A stretch of 64,000 bases of DNA, from assembly GCA_002269645.1 (NCBI GenBank), contig NIVC01001124.1:124001-188000 (forward strand), written 5' to 3'. Shown in pieces: positions 38,007 through 51,925 of the stretch; the stretch's first letter is position 1; the number at the start of each line of letters is the position of its first letter. Origin of the DNA: Macrostomum lignano (Eukaryota). The notes beneath the pieces are model-generated. The model had not been told where the DNA came from and made no database searches. It worked only from the letters and a program-made list of their open reading frames with translations. Made by a program: the position numbers and the translations under genes.

Positions 38007-41000
38007 TGTTCAATACTCGTAACCGTTAGCTATTGTACATCATAATCTGTCGCATAAGCTTGTTTGATTACTTTTCTGCTGCTTATTCATTGTCTTATTT
38101 ATTTGGATCGTTTATTTGGCCGGGACTTTGTCGGATGTTTTTTACATTGGACCATAAACTTATTTGGCGCGGCCAAAAGGGGTATAAATGAATTTCGCGC
38201 CGAGAGCCTTCGATCCACCCTAGACAGCCGACTGAAATAGGAAATATGGTATTTATTCCTCACTTGCCCGCCAACTTTGATTGCACTTTCATTCATTCAT
38301 GAGTACATTTATGAAAAATACATTCATGAGACAATGGGTTTGTGCATATGGTTTTGTCATAGACAATTATTAATTTTAGTCACTCGTGGCTTCACCACGC
38401 GTGAAAAATTCATTATTGTCTGTTGTGTGCGTATGCGAATTATTCGTCTATGTGCGAAACCATCTGCCCCCGTTTATATGTCGACCCCAAACAAGCGACC
38501 AAATATATTAACTCATTTTCGGCCTAGCACCGATTACTGTGGCTTAAGGCCAAGAACATAACATGGCATCGCAAGCAGTTAATCTGACCTGCTGCTAGCA
38601 TTAAGCTGATCGGCAAGAATGAGCAAAAGCCCGAATCCAGCGATGGGATCAAAGGCCCCGCGATCGATATCGCCTACGAGACCAGTGACAAGCCAAGGAG
38701 CAGGAGCCGCTGCTGTGACTGCAAGTACCAGTCGTTTCAGCCTTCCTGGGCTACAGATCCTGCGTCTCGATCTAGCAAAAGATACCATAGACGAGTTTGA
38801 CGCATGGCAAGCGACCATCGAGGCCTATTTCGAGGCAATGGGGGTCAAGCTGAGCGAAGCGGACAGCCCCGAAGTGAAGGCACAGAAATCCGCCCACCGC
38901 AGGGCCTGCGTTTTAAACTCTTTCTTTGCTGCGACGTTCAACAAATACAAAAACCTGCCCCTATCTGTGGAACAACTTCGAGACCCGGAATTGGTCATCA
39001 AGACTTTGCGGGAGCACCTACTCGGGCAAGTGAACGTTATTGTTGAGCACAATCGGTTCTGGACTCGTCAGCAAAAGGACGGCGAAACATTCTCCGACTA
39101 CATCATGGAATTAAGAGACCTGATGAGAACTTGTGCATTTTGTGAGCACTCAGACGATTTATTACGGGACAAAATCGTTCTGGGAATCAGAGATCCAGAT
39201 ACGGTAAACGCCTGCTGGCCCAGCCGAAACTCAGTCTCTCCGAGGCAATTACAATTTGCCAATCTGAAGAAGCATGCGTAAACACAGCGGGACGAAATTT
39301 GCAAGTCAGCGAGCCTGAATGCGCTAAAAATATCTGCGTACAGGACGACTAAGCACCCGGGATTCCTAAAAGGACAACCCCAGACGAGCAAAAGTCAATC
39401 GTGTGGCTACTGCGGTAAGCAAAAGCACTCGGGTGAGACATGTCCGGCCAGAGACAAAACGTGTCGTCGCTGTGGAAAAAAGGGCACTTCGATAGGGTGT
39501 GCCGCTCGAAAAATACACTAAGCAAAAAACCCAGTGAATCTTCGCGAAAAGGAAACATTCAATCGCTAATAGCCATGCTGCAACCTGATTGTCCCGTAGT
39601 GAATGTACAAATCGGAGGTGTCACACTAACAATGATGCCCGACACTGGCTCAAATATAACCGCTATCAGAGTAGAAGACATGCAAAAGCTGGCAAAGAGG
39701 CCACGAATTTTAGAAGCCGCTGATGGTCCAACAGCCGCGAATGGACAGTGCATGAAAGTAATAGGAAAGTTTCGCGACTCCATCTCGATCGGTGAGACCA
39801 AGATCACAACAGACATTTACGTTATTGATCGCCTGACGGTACCGGTCTTGTCATGGAGAGCATGTGTTGATTTGGAAATAATTCCCAGGTATTTTCCTCG
39901 ACAACAAATCAACTCGATCGCCACAAGAACTGCTACAACAGAAGACCTAATCAGCGAATTCCCGGCTGTATTCGATGGGATAGTAAGACCAATGAAGGGT
40001 GAAGCATTTTCGATCAAGCTTCGTGAAGACGCTCAACCTTTCTCCATTAAGACACCAAGGAGGATACCGTTCCCATTGTACGAGCGACTTAAAGCTGAGC
40101 TGGACTCGTTGGAAGCTCAGGAAATAATCTGCAAAGTCACTGCTCCTACGCGCCAAAGAAAGACAAAGGGATACGGATGTGCGTCGACTTTCGGGAACTA
40201 AACAAATATGTTATTCGACCAAGGTACCAGTCTCAGACGCCATTGGAAGTCGTTGCAAGCACAGATGCTAGTCGCGCCAAGTATTTCTCTGTAGTTGACG
40301 TCTTGAAAGGATACCACCAAATACCGCTGGCTAAAGAAAGTATGCACCTGACAACGTTCATCACGCCGTTCGGTCGTTACATGTTTAGGATGGCACCATT
40401 TGGTATAAGCTCTATTTCTGAATATTACAACCAGAGACTTGACGACACTTTTCAAGGACTCAAGGAAGTTCGGCATGTCGTTGATGACTGTCTGGTCGCA
40501 ACTTCTGACGAGGAACACACGTACAAGCGGTTCGTCAGTTTCTGCAGCGCTGTCAAGACAATGGGGTAGCATTAAATAAAAAGAAGTTTGCATTTTGCAA
40601 GACTCAAATTGATTTTGCCGGATTTCGATTATCAGCTGATGGCTACAGCATTGATCCGGAGCTTATGAAAGCGGTCAGAAAATTTCCCACTCCAAACAAT
40701 ATTACCGACCTACGCGCGTTCTTTGGCCTAGTCAACCAAGTCGGCACGTTTACGTCAGACAGCAGAAGTCACAGCCTCGTTAAGGCCGCTGCTGTCCGAG
40801 AAGAATTTATTTCAATGGGGAGACGAACATCAAACGGCATTTGAAGAAGCCCGTCGCCGCCTGGCAATTGCTCCTACACTGGCCTATTATGACCAACGCA
40901 AGCCAACAGCCCTGCACACGGATGCATCTCGACTTAAGGGAATCGGATTCTTGCTCAAACAGCAGCAGACCGATGGAAGCTGGCGTGCGGTTCAAGCTGG

Positions 41001-42295
41001 CTCGAGATTCATTTCAGAGACCGAGTCACGCTATGCCATGATCGAGTTGGAACTGTTAGCTGTGGTCTGGGCGACTCAGAAGTGCAGACTCTTCCTTGAG
41101 GGCCTTCATGAGTTTGAAATTGTAACCGACCACAAGCTGCTGATACTAATCCTGAACAGTTACCAGCTGGATCAAATAGAAAATCCCAGAATTCAGCGTC
41201 TTCGAGCGAAACTGAACCGCTACCTATACAAGGCGCGATGGGTAAAAGGCAAGGACAATGCCGACGCAGACGCTCTGTCGCGAGCACCAGTGGACAATCC
41301 GACTGCACAGGATGAACTGGGCGAGTCTGCAGATTTTCAACTTACCAATCAGCTCTTAATGCACCTCGAATCAGCAGAGCTGGATCCTATTCTGAAAAGC
41401 GTGCGACAAAGCACAGCTTCTGATCAGGAGTTGCAAGACCTGATCCAATATATTCGGGATGGCTTTCCCAATGACAAGGCAAACTTACCTCTTTGCATTC
41501 GGTCATTTTGGCATGTAAGAGACAAGCTCTCAGTCGACGACGGCATCATTCTATGCCGATGTCGTTGCGTCATACCACATGCAATGAGGAAGCAGATTTT
41601 GACGGACTTACACGCAAGTCACCAAGGTCTGCACAAGACAAAGCAGAGAGCAAGGATGGTCGTCTACTGGCCTGGCATCGATCGGGACATTGAAAATACA
41701 GTCAAGCAGTGTCAGTCCTGTCGGGAACATCTTCCATCGCAGATCAGGGAGCCGATGACAACCCAGGACCAACCGGATCGATGTTTTCAACACATACATG
41801 CAGATTTTTGCGAGCATGCCGGCAAGAAGTTCCTTGTGCTCGTGGATGCATACTCAGGCTGGCCAGCGTTCTGTCATTTCGGTGATCGAGCACCCACGTA
41901 CAAGCTGATAAACGTTTGCCGCGAATTCTTTTGCCAAACAGCTGTACCGGAGAAATTCTGTGCTGACTGTGGGCCACAATTTAAAGCACAGCCGTTCGTT
42001 AATTTTTTACGTCGCTGGGTTTTGAACATCAAATACTCATCTCCGTATTACCATCAAAGCAATGGAAGAGCAGAAGCTGCCGTGAAAAGTATAAAGAAGA
42101 TCGTTCGAGGAGCATGGGACAGTCGCTTGAATGACTTGGACAAAGACAAGATGGCTCAGGGTTTGCTGCAGCTGCGAAACATGCCCATGTACGATGGCAG
42201 AATTCCATCTGTAATGGTCTATGGACACACAGTCAGAGACACGCTGCCGCGCATAGGAAAAGTTTTGCAAAGGAATGGAAGGACAAGGTCTGGAA
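38007..42295 (+). mobile_element. Gypsy (Mag-clade-like) LTR retrotransposon, frameshifted and 3'-truncated; putative 5' LTR 38007-38563
   Basis: Putative LTR TGTT...AACA followed by a TGGCATCG PBS-like sequence; gag with two CCHC knuckles, protease PDTGS, RT (VDVLKGYHQI, VVDD), RNase H (HTDAS) and integrase (HASHQG...CQSC, IHADF, SNGRAE). No 3' LTR seen. Confidence 0.92.
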
Positions 42296-44050
42296 AATGA
42301 CGGAAAAAATTGCGTCATTGTGTAGCGAAACAAAGTCTCGGGTGGCCACAGTGTTTAATGAGCAAAGACGCACAGGCGGCGGCGTTTCAACAGCTGAACC
42401 ACTGACGCAACAGGATCAAGCAGTCCTAGGCTTTCTACCCGACGTCGCATAGAAGGGTGCGGAAGGTGGATTTGATTCGTCGGCAGAAATGTCATCTGTG
42501 ACTGACAAGACATCCACGATCGTCGGTATGACAAAATCAGACCACAATAGGTCGGCTAACAGTTCGGCTGCCAGTTCGACTACTAGCCCGACGGAAGACA
42601 GTATCAACAAGACAACGGAGGGAAATGGCGACAACGAACCATCAACAAAAGTGAAGCCCACAGCAGTCATTTTCAACGGTCGCAAGCGCCATGTCGAAGA
42701 CAAAGACGTTTCGACGCTCTGAGTATGCAGCGGGAAATGGTGGAGCTGCAGAAGGAGCCTGTCCACCTGGGCATACACCTGTTGCTAAACGCTTTATTAA
42801 GCGTTGTAAGTTCTCATTATGAGAACTGAAAAGTTTAATCATCCGTTGACTGCTGTGTTGACAACCAGCAGACATTGCAAGGGTTTCTTTATTCAGTGTT
42901 CGCTAATAGTTTAGTACTAACACTTCATTACTAAGTACTAACATCTTAATAGCAGCCTGATACCAGTTTTTCTCGTTTTACATACCATAATAAACAATAA
43001 AAACGATATTCGATTGTGAGCATGAATGTCTCGATATTCTTTTCGAACTAGTCATTACGACCTAAAAAAAGAAAGCAACCACTCGATCACGCTCCACAGC
43101 ACCGGCGACATCTTGTTCTCCACCTTCAAATCCATCGTCGACGATGTCCTCCACGCTCATCTCCATCACGTCAGGAACACGAATGCGACGGGCTTTGTTA
43201 TGCAGGAAAATGCAGACGACAACGACCCGAGCCGAAAGAGCGGGGTCGAATTGCAAAGGCCCAGTGACTTTGTTAGACAAACAAAGGAACCAAGACTTAA
43301 GAATCCCAAATGTCCTCTCTATTGCGACACGCGTCTTTCGCAGAGCCTGATTGTATGCTCTAATTGACAGAGCCGGGGTACACATACGGCGTGAGCAGGT
43401 ATGGTTTCAACGCGTAGCCACTATCACCAAGGAGCCACTTGTCACCAAACTCGCCATTTAAAATTCGTTGTTTTAGATCCGACTGATTGAAAATGAACGA
43501 ATCGTTTGCTGAACCAGGAAAGCGGACAACAGCGTCCACTATTTTTAAATCGCTGTCACACACACACACTGTACGTTAATCGAGTGGTATCCTTTGCGGT
43601 TCGCGAACACATTTTCGTTTTCACTCGGAGACTTTATGGAAATGTGGGTCCCATTAATGCAACCGAGTACCTTAGGGAACCCGGCGATGGCAGCGAACTG
43701 AACTGACACCGTCTCTCTCTGTAGCTCCGAACCGAAGCTAATATCCTCTCGAACTGTACTCACCAAGCAGTCGACAACTTCACGACAACTTCACGAACAA
43801 TGCGACTAACAGATGGTCGAGAAACCCCAAATGACGCCTGCCGATTGCTAACCAGACATCCTGTTGCTAAGTAATTTACATGTATTGTGACACACAGCTT
43901 TACAACGGTGGGTATAGCCTGATTCCTGTGCGTTCTGGGCTCCAGATTTTGTCCCATGGTGTCCAGCAATTCCACGATAGCGCCTCTTGGAAACGGTATC
44001 GTTTCAGTAACTCGTCTGCTAAGGTGAGGGGATCGCTCCTAAAAAGTCAC
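42296..44050. mobile_element. Harbinger/PIF element remnant: Myb/SANT-like ORF on + (~42296-42830) converging with a HARBI1-like DDE transposase on - (~44030-43062)
   Basis: Plus strand: ETKSRVA...EQRRTGGG...PLTQQDQAVLG and a C-terminal MQREMVELQKE. Minus strand: DPL..DELLKRYRF, RNQAIP...[36 protein letters not shown]...LHN. Contains stops and frameshifts. Confidence 0.88.
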
Positions 44051-44589
44051 AGAAGACACCCCACTGTAGCGGTAGGCCTACTAACAAAAACACAGGGTAG
44101 CCCTATTGTTGTCATTAGTTGGTAATGAGGGTTATTATGTCAAAAATACTTAGTGACCAACAGAGTTCTGGCGATAAATTGGAGTAGTAGTGGATCAATT
44201 TTTGTGCTCGTATCTCCAGAAGACTCAGCAAACAAAGGAGTCACTAAATAAAGCTTTATAAGAATCTTCACTATATAGCCACATTCTACCGTATTTTGCA
44301 ACACGGACCTTACACTTTAACATGTTGCCTTTCGATAAACATCAGCAGTTTCAGCAGTCCTACCAATGAACCGTTTTCGGAATCGAAATTACTTACGACT
44401 CCTGCGCAGGTTTAGGACTTTCTTCCCTGGCTAGTGAAGATTCACCTATGTTTTCCAAAAAAGCATCTGGAATTGGATAAGTTTTTTACCACAGAGGCAA
44501 ACTCACTGACTACAAGGTAAAACCTATCTAAGTAAATTATTCATGGATCGGCCTCCAAGTTTTGTAGTTTTCCGTCCCGAGTATTGAGT

Positions 44590-45560
44590 AGTCCCTGGAC
44601 GGGTGTCAGATCAGTTTCCTCTGCGCGCGAGCTCTCTGAAGGCGGCAAACAGCGTATGACTGGTCGATCACCCCAGCGTCATCCAAGCCAGGCAATCCAC
44701 GTAGCGGCGCGTCCGGCCAAAAAACCCGGCGCCAGGGTGCCCTGCATCGTGAGCAGCAAGACGTGCTGCACCAATTGAGGGCGCAGTAGTGTAGGCCTCC
44801 GCACGGATAGTGTGGCACGGCAGTTGAAGTCTTCGCCTACGTAGGGTCTCGCTAGGTGGTCGCAGCCCTGCGCGCTGGAAGAGGGCTGCGACGGAGATTG
44901 CATCCGGATATTTGATGCTGAAGACGACTCGCAGCAGGCCCGAGTGTGCTGCGACTAGCCGCTTCTTCAGAGTCTCGGTCAGCTCCCATGTCTTAGTGTT
45001 GTAGGCCAGAACGTTTCGACTACCGCCTGAAACAGCCGAGACCTCAAGCGGTCTGACAGCGCGGCGTTCTGCAGGACCACCCGGATAGAACGGAAGGCCG
45101 CCCAGGCCAGGCCTCTGCGTTGCACCAAATCCTCCTGGACAATGGGCACTGAGTTGCTGCATGACCGTCGACGCCCCTGCAGGTGATGTTGATAGGCAGC
45201 TTCGCAGGTAAAGTCATCACAGCTCTGTCTTCTCGATGTTCACCGCTAGCCTGACCGATCCCGCAGATGCTACAAAGCTGTTTAGCATGCGCTGGGCTCC
45301 CTCAGCCATACAGTCGAGCAGCGCCAGGTCGTCGGCGTAACCCTCTGGGGGTGACTGAGTTGTTCTCTGGCACAGCAGGAAGCCGTCCTCATCTGTTGGC
45401 TGAATCCTCCGCAGCACCCAATAGAGAACTTTTTAGCACCTCAGAGGTCGTGTTGAACAGGTCGGACAGTACGTCAGGCGTCACCACGGCGGCTAGGGTC
45501 TCCTGGTAGAGAGCTATGGTTGCTGCGATTGGTTGCTCTGGCACGTGATACTGCAACTCC
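44590..45560 (-). mobile_element. RTE-type non-LTR retrotransposon RT fragment, degenerate
   Basis: DEDGFLL...GYADDLALL...GAQRML...VNIEKTE and VLAYNTKTWELT...AAHSGLLR; same family as 60110-61690. Confidence 0.85.
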
Positions 45561-46202
45561 ATCATCGAGGCTTTGCTACAGGAGGGCAGTGCGGAAAGAC
45601 GAGTAACGAGTGCTTACCAGCCTCAGACGAATGGACAAACTGAGAGGCTAAACCAAACGTGCCTCAGCCTGCTTCGTAAGGCTTGCAACTCCCCAACTGA
45701 CATTAACTGGGAACGGCACCTGGACGCAATCCAACTGGCTTACAACAGCAGGCGCAATTCGACGACTCTGGCTTCGCCTTTCAGTGCTGTTTTTGGCTTT
45801 AAGCCTCTGCTTGGAAGCGATGCGGCGGCTGCTCTCGGCCAGCCTGCGTCGTCTCCAGCATCAGTGCAACGACGATGGCTTGTGGAAAAAGAGCAGCAAA
45901 GAGCAAAGGACAGAATCAAAATTGCCCAACAGCGAATGCGGGAACGTCACGCGAGGATTGCCAAGGGAGTGGAGACAATCAACCCTGGCATGCTTGTTAG
46001 ACTTCGCAATTACCTTCGCGACGATCGAAAAAGCGGAAAACTTCTGTCCATTTGGAGCGACTTGGACCTAGTGTGGAGATGCGCGGGACTAAGCGTCTAC
46101 CAGTTGACTGGCCTAAAGCGCTGTGTCAATGGAGTACATCTGAAGCGATGCAGGACGCCGGCCGAACCTTATAGTCGAATTGCTTCCCAAATATTTTGGT
46201 GA
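45561..46202 (+). mobile_element. Second Gypsy-type integrase fragment (C-terminal half)
   Basis: SAYQPQTNGQTERLNQT...WERHLDAIQLAYNS...SPFSAVFG...GMLVRLR...KL. Confidence 0.85.
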
Positions 46203-47278
46203 CTTTAACTAATTGATTAAAGTCTTGCTGATATCAATTAGCTATCTAAGGCTGATCGTGGTTCTTAGAAGCTGTATTTTATGTTAATTAAAAATAAAAA
46301 CAACAATTGTCTTGGAATTTTTTCGGAGAATTCCTCGGAATCGGAGAACGCAAAGCAGCTTGAGATATATGGACCCGATACTTTAAGATGCTTGGAATAT
46401 CTGGGGGAGATCAGAAAGCCCTTGCAATGTCCGGTTGGAGATCAGAAAGTACTTGCACTGTCTGGGCGGATAACACAAGACACGGATATCCGAAAGTATA
46501 TCACCGGGATCTCGTCGTCAAGGGCCACTAAAAGTTACCTGCACAATGGTATAACTTCTAGTGGCCATTGGACCTCGTCTTGGACCTAGCCAACAATTAA
46601 AGCATCTGCAAAGCATAAATGAGTGTATGTGAGGGTGTTTACATATACCAGTACGTATAATGAATTCATCTTGTTTATTTATTTATTAGGTCTAAAGCAT
46701 CGCTGTCTCTTGATCCATCCATATCCACTTTTGAGGTGCTGGTTGTGGCCACACACAGCGACTCCTGTATCGATATACTAAAATGAATCCATATGAATTT
46801 GTACAACAGGTACAGGGCATAAGAATACATACATAAGTAGGCTTATGACAGAGATTCAAACTGTGCACGTCATGCATAAAAAACTATTGATATAAAAAAT
46901 GTTTTGTGAATTATCACTTCTCTTGTGCTAAAACTGTACAATAATGTATAATTTGGCGATAATTTATTCGTTCAGCGATATGATTACATCAAATAATTTA
47001 ATATCTGTTCAAATGAGCGTTCCAGTAATGCGTTTAATTGTGAGTTGAATCGTAAGAATTCAGGTGTAAATTCGAAGTTGTGAGTGTGGAAGAAAATATT
47101 AGTATAAGATTCCAATAGTTGCGATGGAGCCTAAGAAAATACTCGTATTTGGGCATTCAATAAACATTTAATTAGCGCATGCAAGAAACAGTGAAGGAAC
47201 ACCGAGGTTTGTAAGCAGAGGCAGAGGAAAACGGACTACTCGTATTCATAGTAGCTATCAGCATGGATTCAACTCTGT

Positions 47279-50200
47279 CTAAACAGTGCCTTCAGAATTC
47301 TTGCCGGACTCAATTCCAGCCGTGATGTCAACCTGATTCCGTTTCACACAGCAGCAGCCGCAGATGCGGGACAGCAGCCGGTCGTACGGCGCCAGAGAGC
47401 GCAGCGGCTCCGGCAGGAAGTCCCAGGTGCGCAGAAACTCTGGCAGCCAGTCGGGTCTGTGCGTCTGCAGCAAGCCAACAACGCCAGCTACCAGCATCGG
47501 TGCAACCAACAGGCCAAACGCGACGTAGACGGCGGCGGTATGCAGCAGCGACAGGGCGAAGAACATCAGCGGTAGCAGCAGGAATGCAAGCAGGATGTAG
47601 ACGATAGCGAACCAACGATAAGCGGCGGTGGCAGCGCCGAGCTTCTTTGCCAGCGCGATCGGGACGCGTTTCAGTAATGGCACTGGCAGCCAGATCAGCA
47701 CGCCGAACAAGTTGAAGAACAGGTGCACCAGCGCCGTCTGCAGGCTGGAGTCGCTGCCGGAGGCCAGAGCGGCCAGCAGGCCGGTTGTGGTGGTGCCGAG
47801 GTTCGACCCCAGCGCGAGCGGGTACATGATTTCCACCGTGATCACTCCGGTGCCAACAAGAGGAGTCAGGGCTGACGTCAGTACAGATGACGACTGGACC
47901 AGTATTGTCAGACCGGCGCCAACCAGCAGCGATATGTAGTCCATGGCGAACAGCAGGCAGCGATTCTCCGTGCGTGTCACCCTCTCGATAGTCGTCTTGA
48001 CTTTGCTCTCCAGCAGCGAGCGCAGGATTCGAACTAGGCCAACTAGGCAGCCAATCAGAGCGGCGAGCGACAAGGCCAGTAGGATGCCCCCAATGATGGC
48101 GTCCGCCCAGTGACCGGCAACTTCCATGAACATAAACTGGCCTGTTGCGTGTGGATGGTTTAAATAACAGGTATTTTGTGCGGAACTGATTAAGCAGAGA
48201 TATAACGACAGTTTTGTGAATGTTGCTAAATAAAATTCGGTAGAGCAGATAAGCAGAAAGCAAAATAGGATGTCAGCCTAAGCACCGGAATGAAGTCCCA
48301 AGTAAAGTTCCGAATGCAATTAGTAGCTTGTGCTGAGCCCTTTATCCCCTGGGGAGCCCAACAAGTGACGGACCTGTATGGGATTTCTCATCCTTTCTAG
48401 TAGACTAGAATTCCTGGTCCCTGGTTTGATTCCGTGCCAAGGACCACTGAAGTCACTTCGTTAAACTTAAGTAGCCCTTGTTCCGTTCGTAGTCCCTTTC
48501 ATAACTAGGGTTTTGAATTCACAGCCAAGGACCACTGAAGTCACTTCTTAAGTAGTCCTTATTCACAGCCATGAGTACCAAGCTGTGCTCATACTCCCTA
48601 AGGAACAGACAGTGTACATCTCTTGACGATTAGAAAGTCAGGGCCGCTGTACACCCTGTGTGAGCGTGTGTATGAGTGCGTGCCTGCGTACAATACTGGG
48701 GAGCTAGTATGTCCTCAGAAGTCAACGGAACGGGCAGAACTGTCTCAGCGCTGGTTGTGGGACGATGTCGCTGGAATGCATTGCGCCTACGGCCCTCCCC
48801 CGCAACGCACTTATACGCTCGTAAATGTTATGGCAGTCTATTTGGTGCAGTGGTTTACTCCAGTCTCCATTTGGGTGTGCTTAAGTTGACATCCTGTCCA
48901 TTAAATGCTTCTGGATATTGGATTAATTGCGTGGTGGAAAATCGCGTAGAACACGCTCTCCTACATGTATACTGTTGGTAGTAAATCAAGTTTTTCTCAT
49001 GCGCGTTTAAACTCACATTTCTCAAGGCAGGTACTATTTGAGGTCTTGCAGCAGACTTTAATTAGCGTACTACTGTTCCGAAGAAGCTCCGGGTCCTTCA
49101 GCAGCTTGCTGTCCAACCTAATCACCAGACCAGTGAACGGGGAAGTGATGGCTTTGAGAAAGTCGGGCGGTTTGTCCACATTGATGGTGCTGTTGGCGTT
49201 GCTGTTTACGATGAGGCCAGTCAGGCTGGTGAGGGCTCCGCTGGCCATCTCCAGGGGCAGCAGGACCAGCACAGTCAGCCAGTTGAACATGTCGTGCACT
49301 GTGGCACCGGCGAACGCGCGCTCGAGTTCTTCTCTGTCGCCGATCTGGCCCAGGGAGACAATCGTGTTGGTGACCGTGGTGCCGATGTTGGCCCCCATGA
49401 TCATGTAAACCGAGGAGCGCAGCTCCAGGATCTGAGCACCGACCATTGTGATGATCAGCGAAGTGGAAGTTGACGAGCTCTGCACCAGGACGGTAAGCAG
49501 GACGCCCATCATCAGGCAGGCGACGGGGTTGGCGAACACGACGTTGTTGGACAGCAGCTCGCCAACCTGACGGCCACCGAGCAGGCGGAAGGCGGAGCTC
49601 ATGAGGTCGAGTGAGCACACAAAGAAGTACAGGCAGAGAAGCAGAGCCAGTAGTCGTAGGACGAGCAAAGCGACTCGGAGAGCTAGCGGTCTCTTTGACT
49701 GAGTCGACTCATCGGTTGATTCATCGCTCTGCTTTGATGTTGCCGCAATTTTTTTTTCAATTGGCACTGGCTCGTCGAATATATCGGCTTGCTTGCAGAT
49801 GGTCACGGTGCTGGAAATTGTTGGGAGGGTTCATCAAAGGTTGAAACTGACTGCTTACACCTAAAATAGCTAGAGAACAGAAGCAAGCAGACCCCACAGA
49901 GACAAGGTGACCATCCAGGAGCACTAGGTTGTCGAATACTTAGATGCCAAGACTTATGGGGAATGCTGATGATGCCAAGACTCAAGGGGAATGCTGAGAT
50001 GCCAAGACTCAATGGGAATGCTGAGATGCCAAGACTCAAGGTGGGAATGCTGAGATGCCAAGACTCAAGGTGGGAATGCTGAGATGCCAAGACTCAAGGT
50101 GGGAATGCTGAGATGCCAAGACTCAAGGTTGGAATGCTGAGATGCCAAGGCTCAAGGTGGGAATGCTGAGATGCCAAGGCTCAAGGTGGGAATGCTGAGA

Positions 50201-50353
50201 TGCCAAGGCTCAAGGTGGGAATGCTGAGATGCCAAGGCTCAAGGTGGGAATGCTGAGATGCCGAGGTAAAAGTTTAATTTCCGCTAAAGCCGCATTGGCC
50301 ACAACAGCAGAAAAGGACAGCACTGATGCTTACCTATCAGTCGTTGATTCCAT
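47279..50353 (-). CDS. SLC34A: SLC34 (NaPi-II) sodium-phosphate cotransporter, copy B, ~558 aa
   Basis: Exons 50353-50334, 49810-49017 and 48141-47279 are phase-consistent; same motifs as copy A. Confidence 0.95.
49945..50265. repeat. 29-bp tandem repeat (gggaatgctgagatgccaagactcaaggt) in intron 1 of SLC34 copy B
   Basis: Directly visible, ~11 copies. Confidence 0.93.
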
Positions 50354-50879
50354 TGTGGCGTTGATGAGTTGAAGGAATTTCTTGGAGCACATACGGTCTA
50401 GCAAATGTTGGAATTAGTTCCGCTTTTTTTGATTCGAGCACAAATCCGCAGGCTGTCGCATATTTATACCCAAGCCGGACGCCAGTGCTGCTTATCGTGT
50501 CCATTAGTGACGGGCGCACACAGGGGGTTTGCTCATAAATTCTATGCAGGTAGCAATGCAATACGAATGGCAACCTGGCTAAGAGTTCAGTCACGCGGCA
50601 CTCTCGTGGCCTGCGGTGCGGTTGGCCCAACACAAATTGACCACCACAATCAGCAGATCGCCTTGGTATACAGTGATTTCAAACACATATACAAAGTTCG
50701 ATCCATGTCACTGGTGGCAGCGAGGCGCGCGCAGAAAACTTGGCGAGACTTCGGAATTTTTTTCACACGCCATGATTTTTTACAAGCTAATAAGTTTTGG
50801 CGACACACCCACAGCTAGTGCAGAAACCGGAGTGCCAAGTGGTTATAGCTGGATATTGGCTTTTATGCTGCTTAAACAT

Positions 50880-51335
50880 TATCATTTATCCAGTCTGTAC
50901 ATTATCCTGCATCCATTCTACACATTATCCTACATCCAGTTTTAACATGATCCTATATTCAGTATGTACATTATCCTATATATATTCAGTATGCACATTA
51001 TCCTTTATACAGTATACACATTATCCTACATCCAGTATGTACATTATCCTACATCCAGTATGCACATTATCCTATATTCAGTATGTACATTATCCTACAT
51101 CCATTCTGTACATTATCCTATATCCAGTATGTACATTATCCTACTACATCCAGTATGCACATTATCCTATATTCAGTATGTACATTATCCTACTACATCC
51201 AGTATACACATTATCCTATATTCAGTATGTACATTATCCTACACCCAGTAAGCACATTATCATGTATCTAGTATGCACATTATCCTACGCCCAGTATGCA
51301 CATTATCCGTATATCCAGTTGAAACATTATCCTAA
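50880..51335. repeat. Degenerate ~23-26 bp repeat (catccagtatgtacattatccta) upstream of SLC34 copy B
   Basis: Directly visible. Confidence 0.9.
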
Positions 51336-51724
51336 ATTTAGTAACACATTTGCCAACAAATAGCCAACACATTAGCCTTTACCTCCCTTGTACATTACCC
51401 TCAATCTAAGCACATACACCCCAAAAGGTACATGTAGCTTGAACTTTCAATAAATAAATTTGCAAGCAGAGACAAATAAAATAAATTACCATTCGCACCT
51501 TCAGCCCCGTATTATTATACTTAAATCTTGTTTTCTAAACATGTGCACCCAGTTGGAGTTTAGTCAGAAACAGGAAAATTGGGTTATTTATTGCCAGAAA
51601 AATAATTGCAGACCTACTCGTGTTGCGCGCAGTTTCCACAGAGTATTTTTCGCTGGCCTGGCACTTTACGATTGAAAAGCACAACAATTAAGCAAAACAA
51701 TTTTTGTTTCAATTTGCCTACATC

Positions 51725-51925
51725 TGGTATTGCATTAGCTTACATCAGGCATCACATTAGCCTACATCAGGCATCACATTAGCCTACATCAGGCATCACA
51801 TTAGACTATATCAGGCATCACATTAGCTTACATCAGGCATCACATTAGCCTACATCAGGCATCACATTAGACTACATCAGGCATCACATTAGCTTACATA
51901 AGGCATCACATTAGCCTACATCAGA
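51725..51925. repeat. Short paralogous array of the 22-bp satellite
   Basis: Same unit as 34105-34780 and followed by the same caataaacttgcccgataa flank. Confidence 0.92.

Noticed and set aside
31181-47370. PDZ-binding C-termini of SLC34, and a functional link between ZDHHC and SLC34 from their adjacency
   Set aside because: Neither tail (RQS, GTV) fits the class I S/T-x-hydrophobic motif, and gene adjacency in animals is not evidence of a shared pathway.
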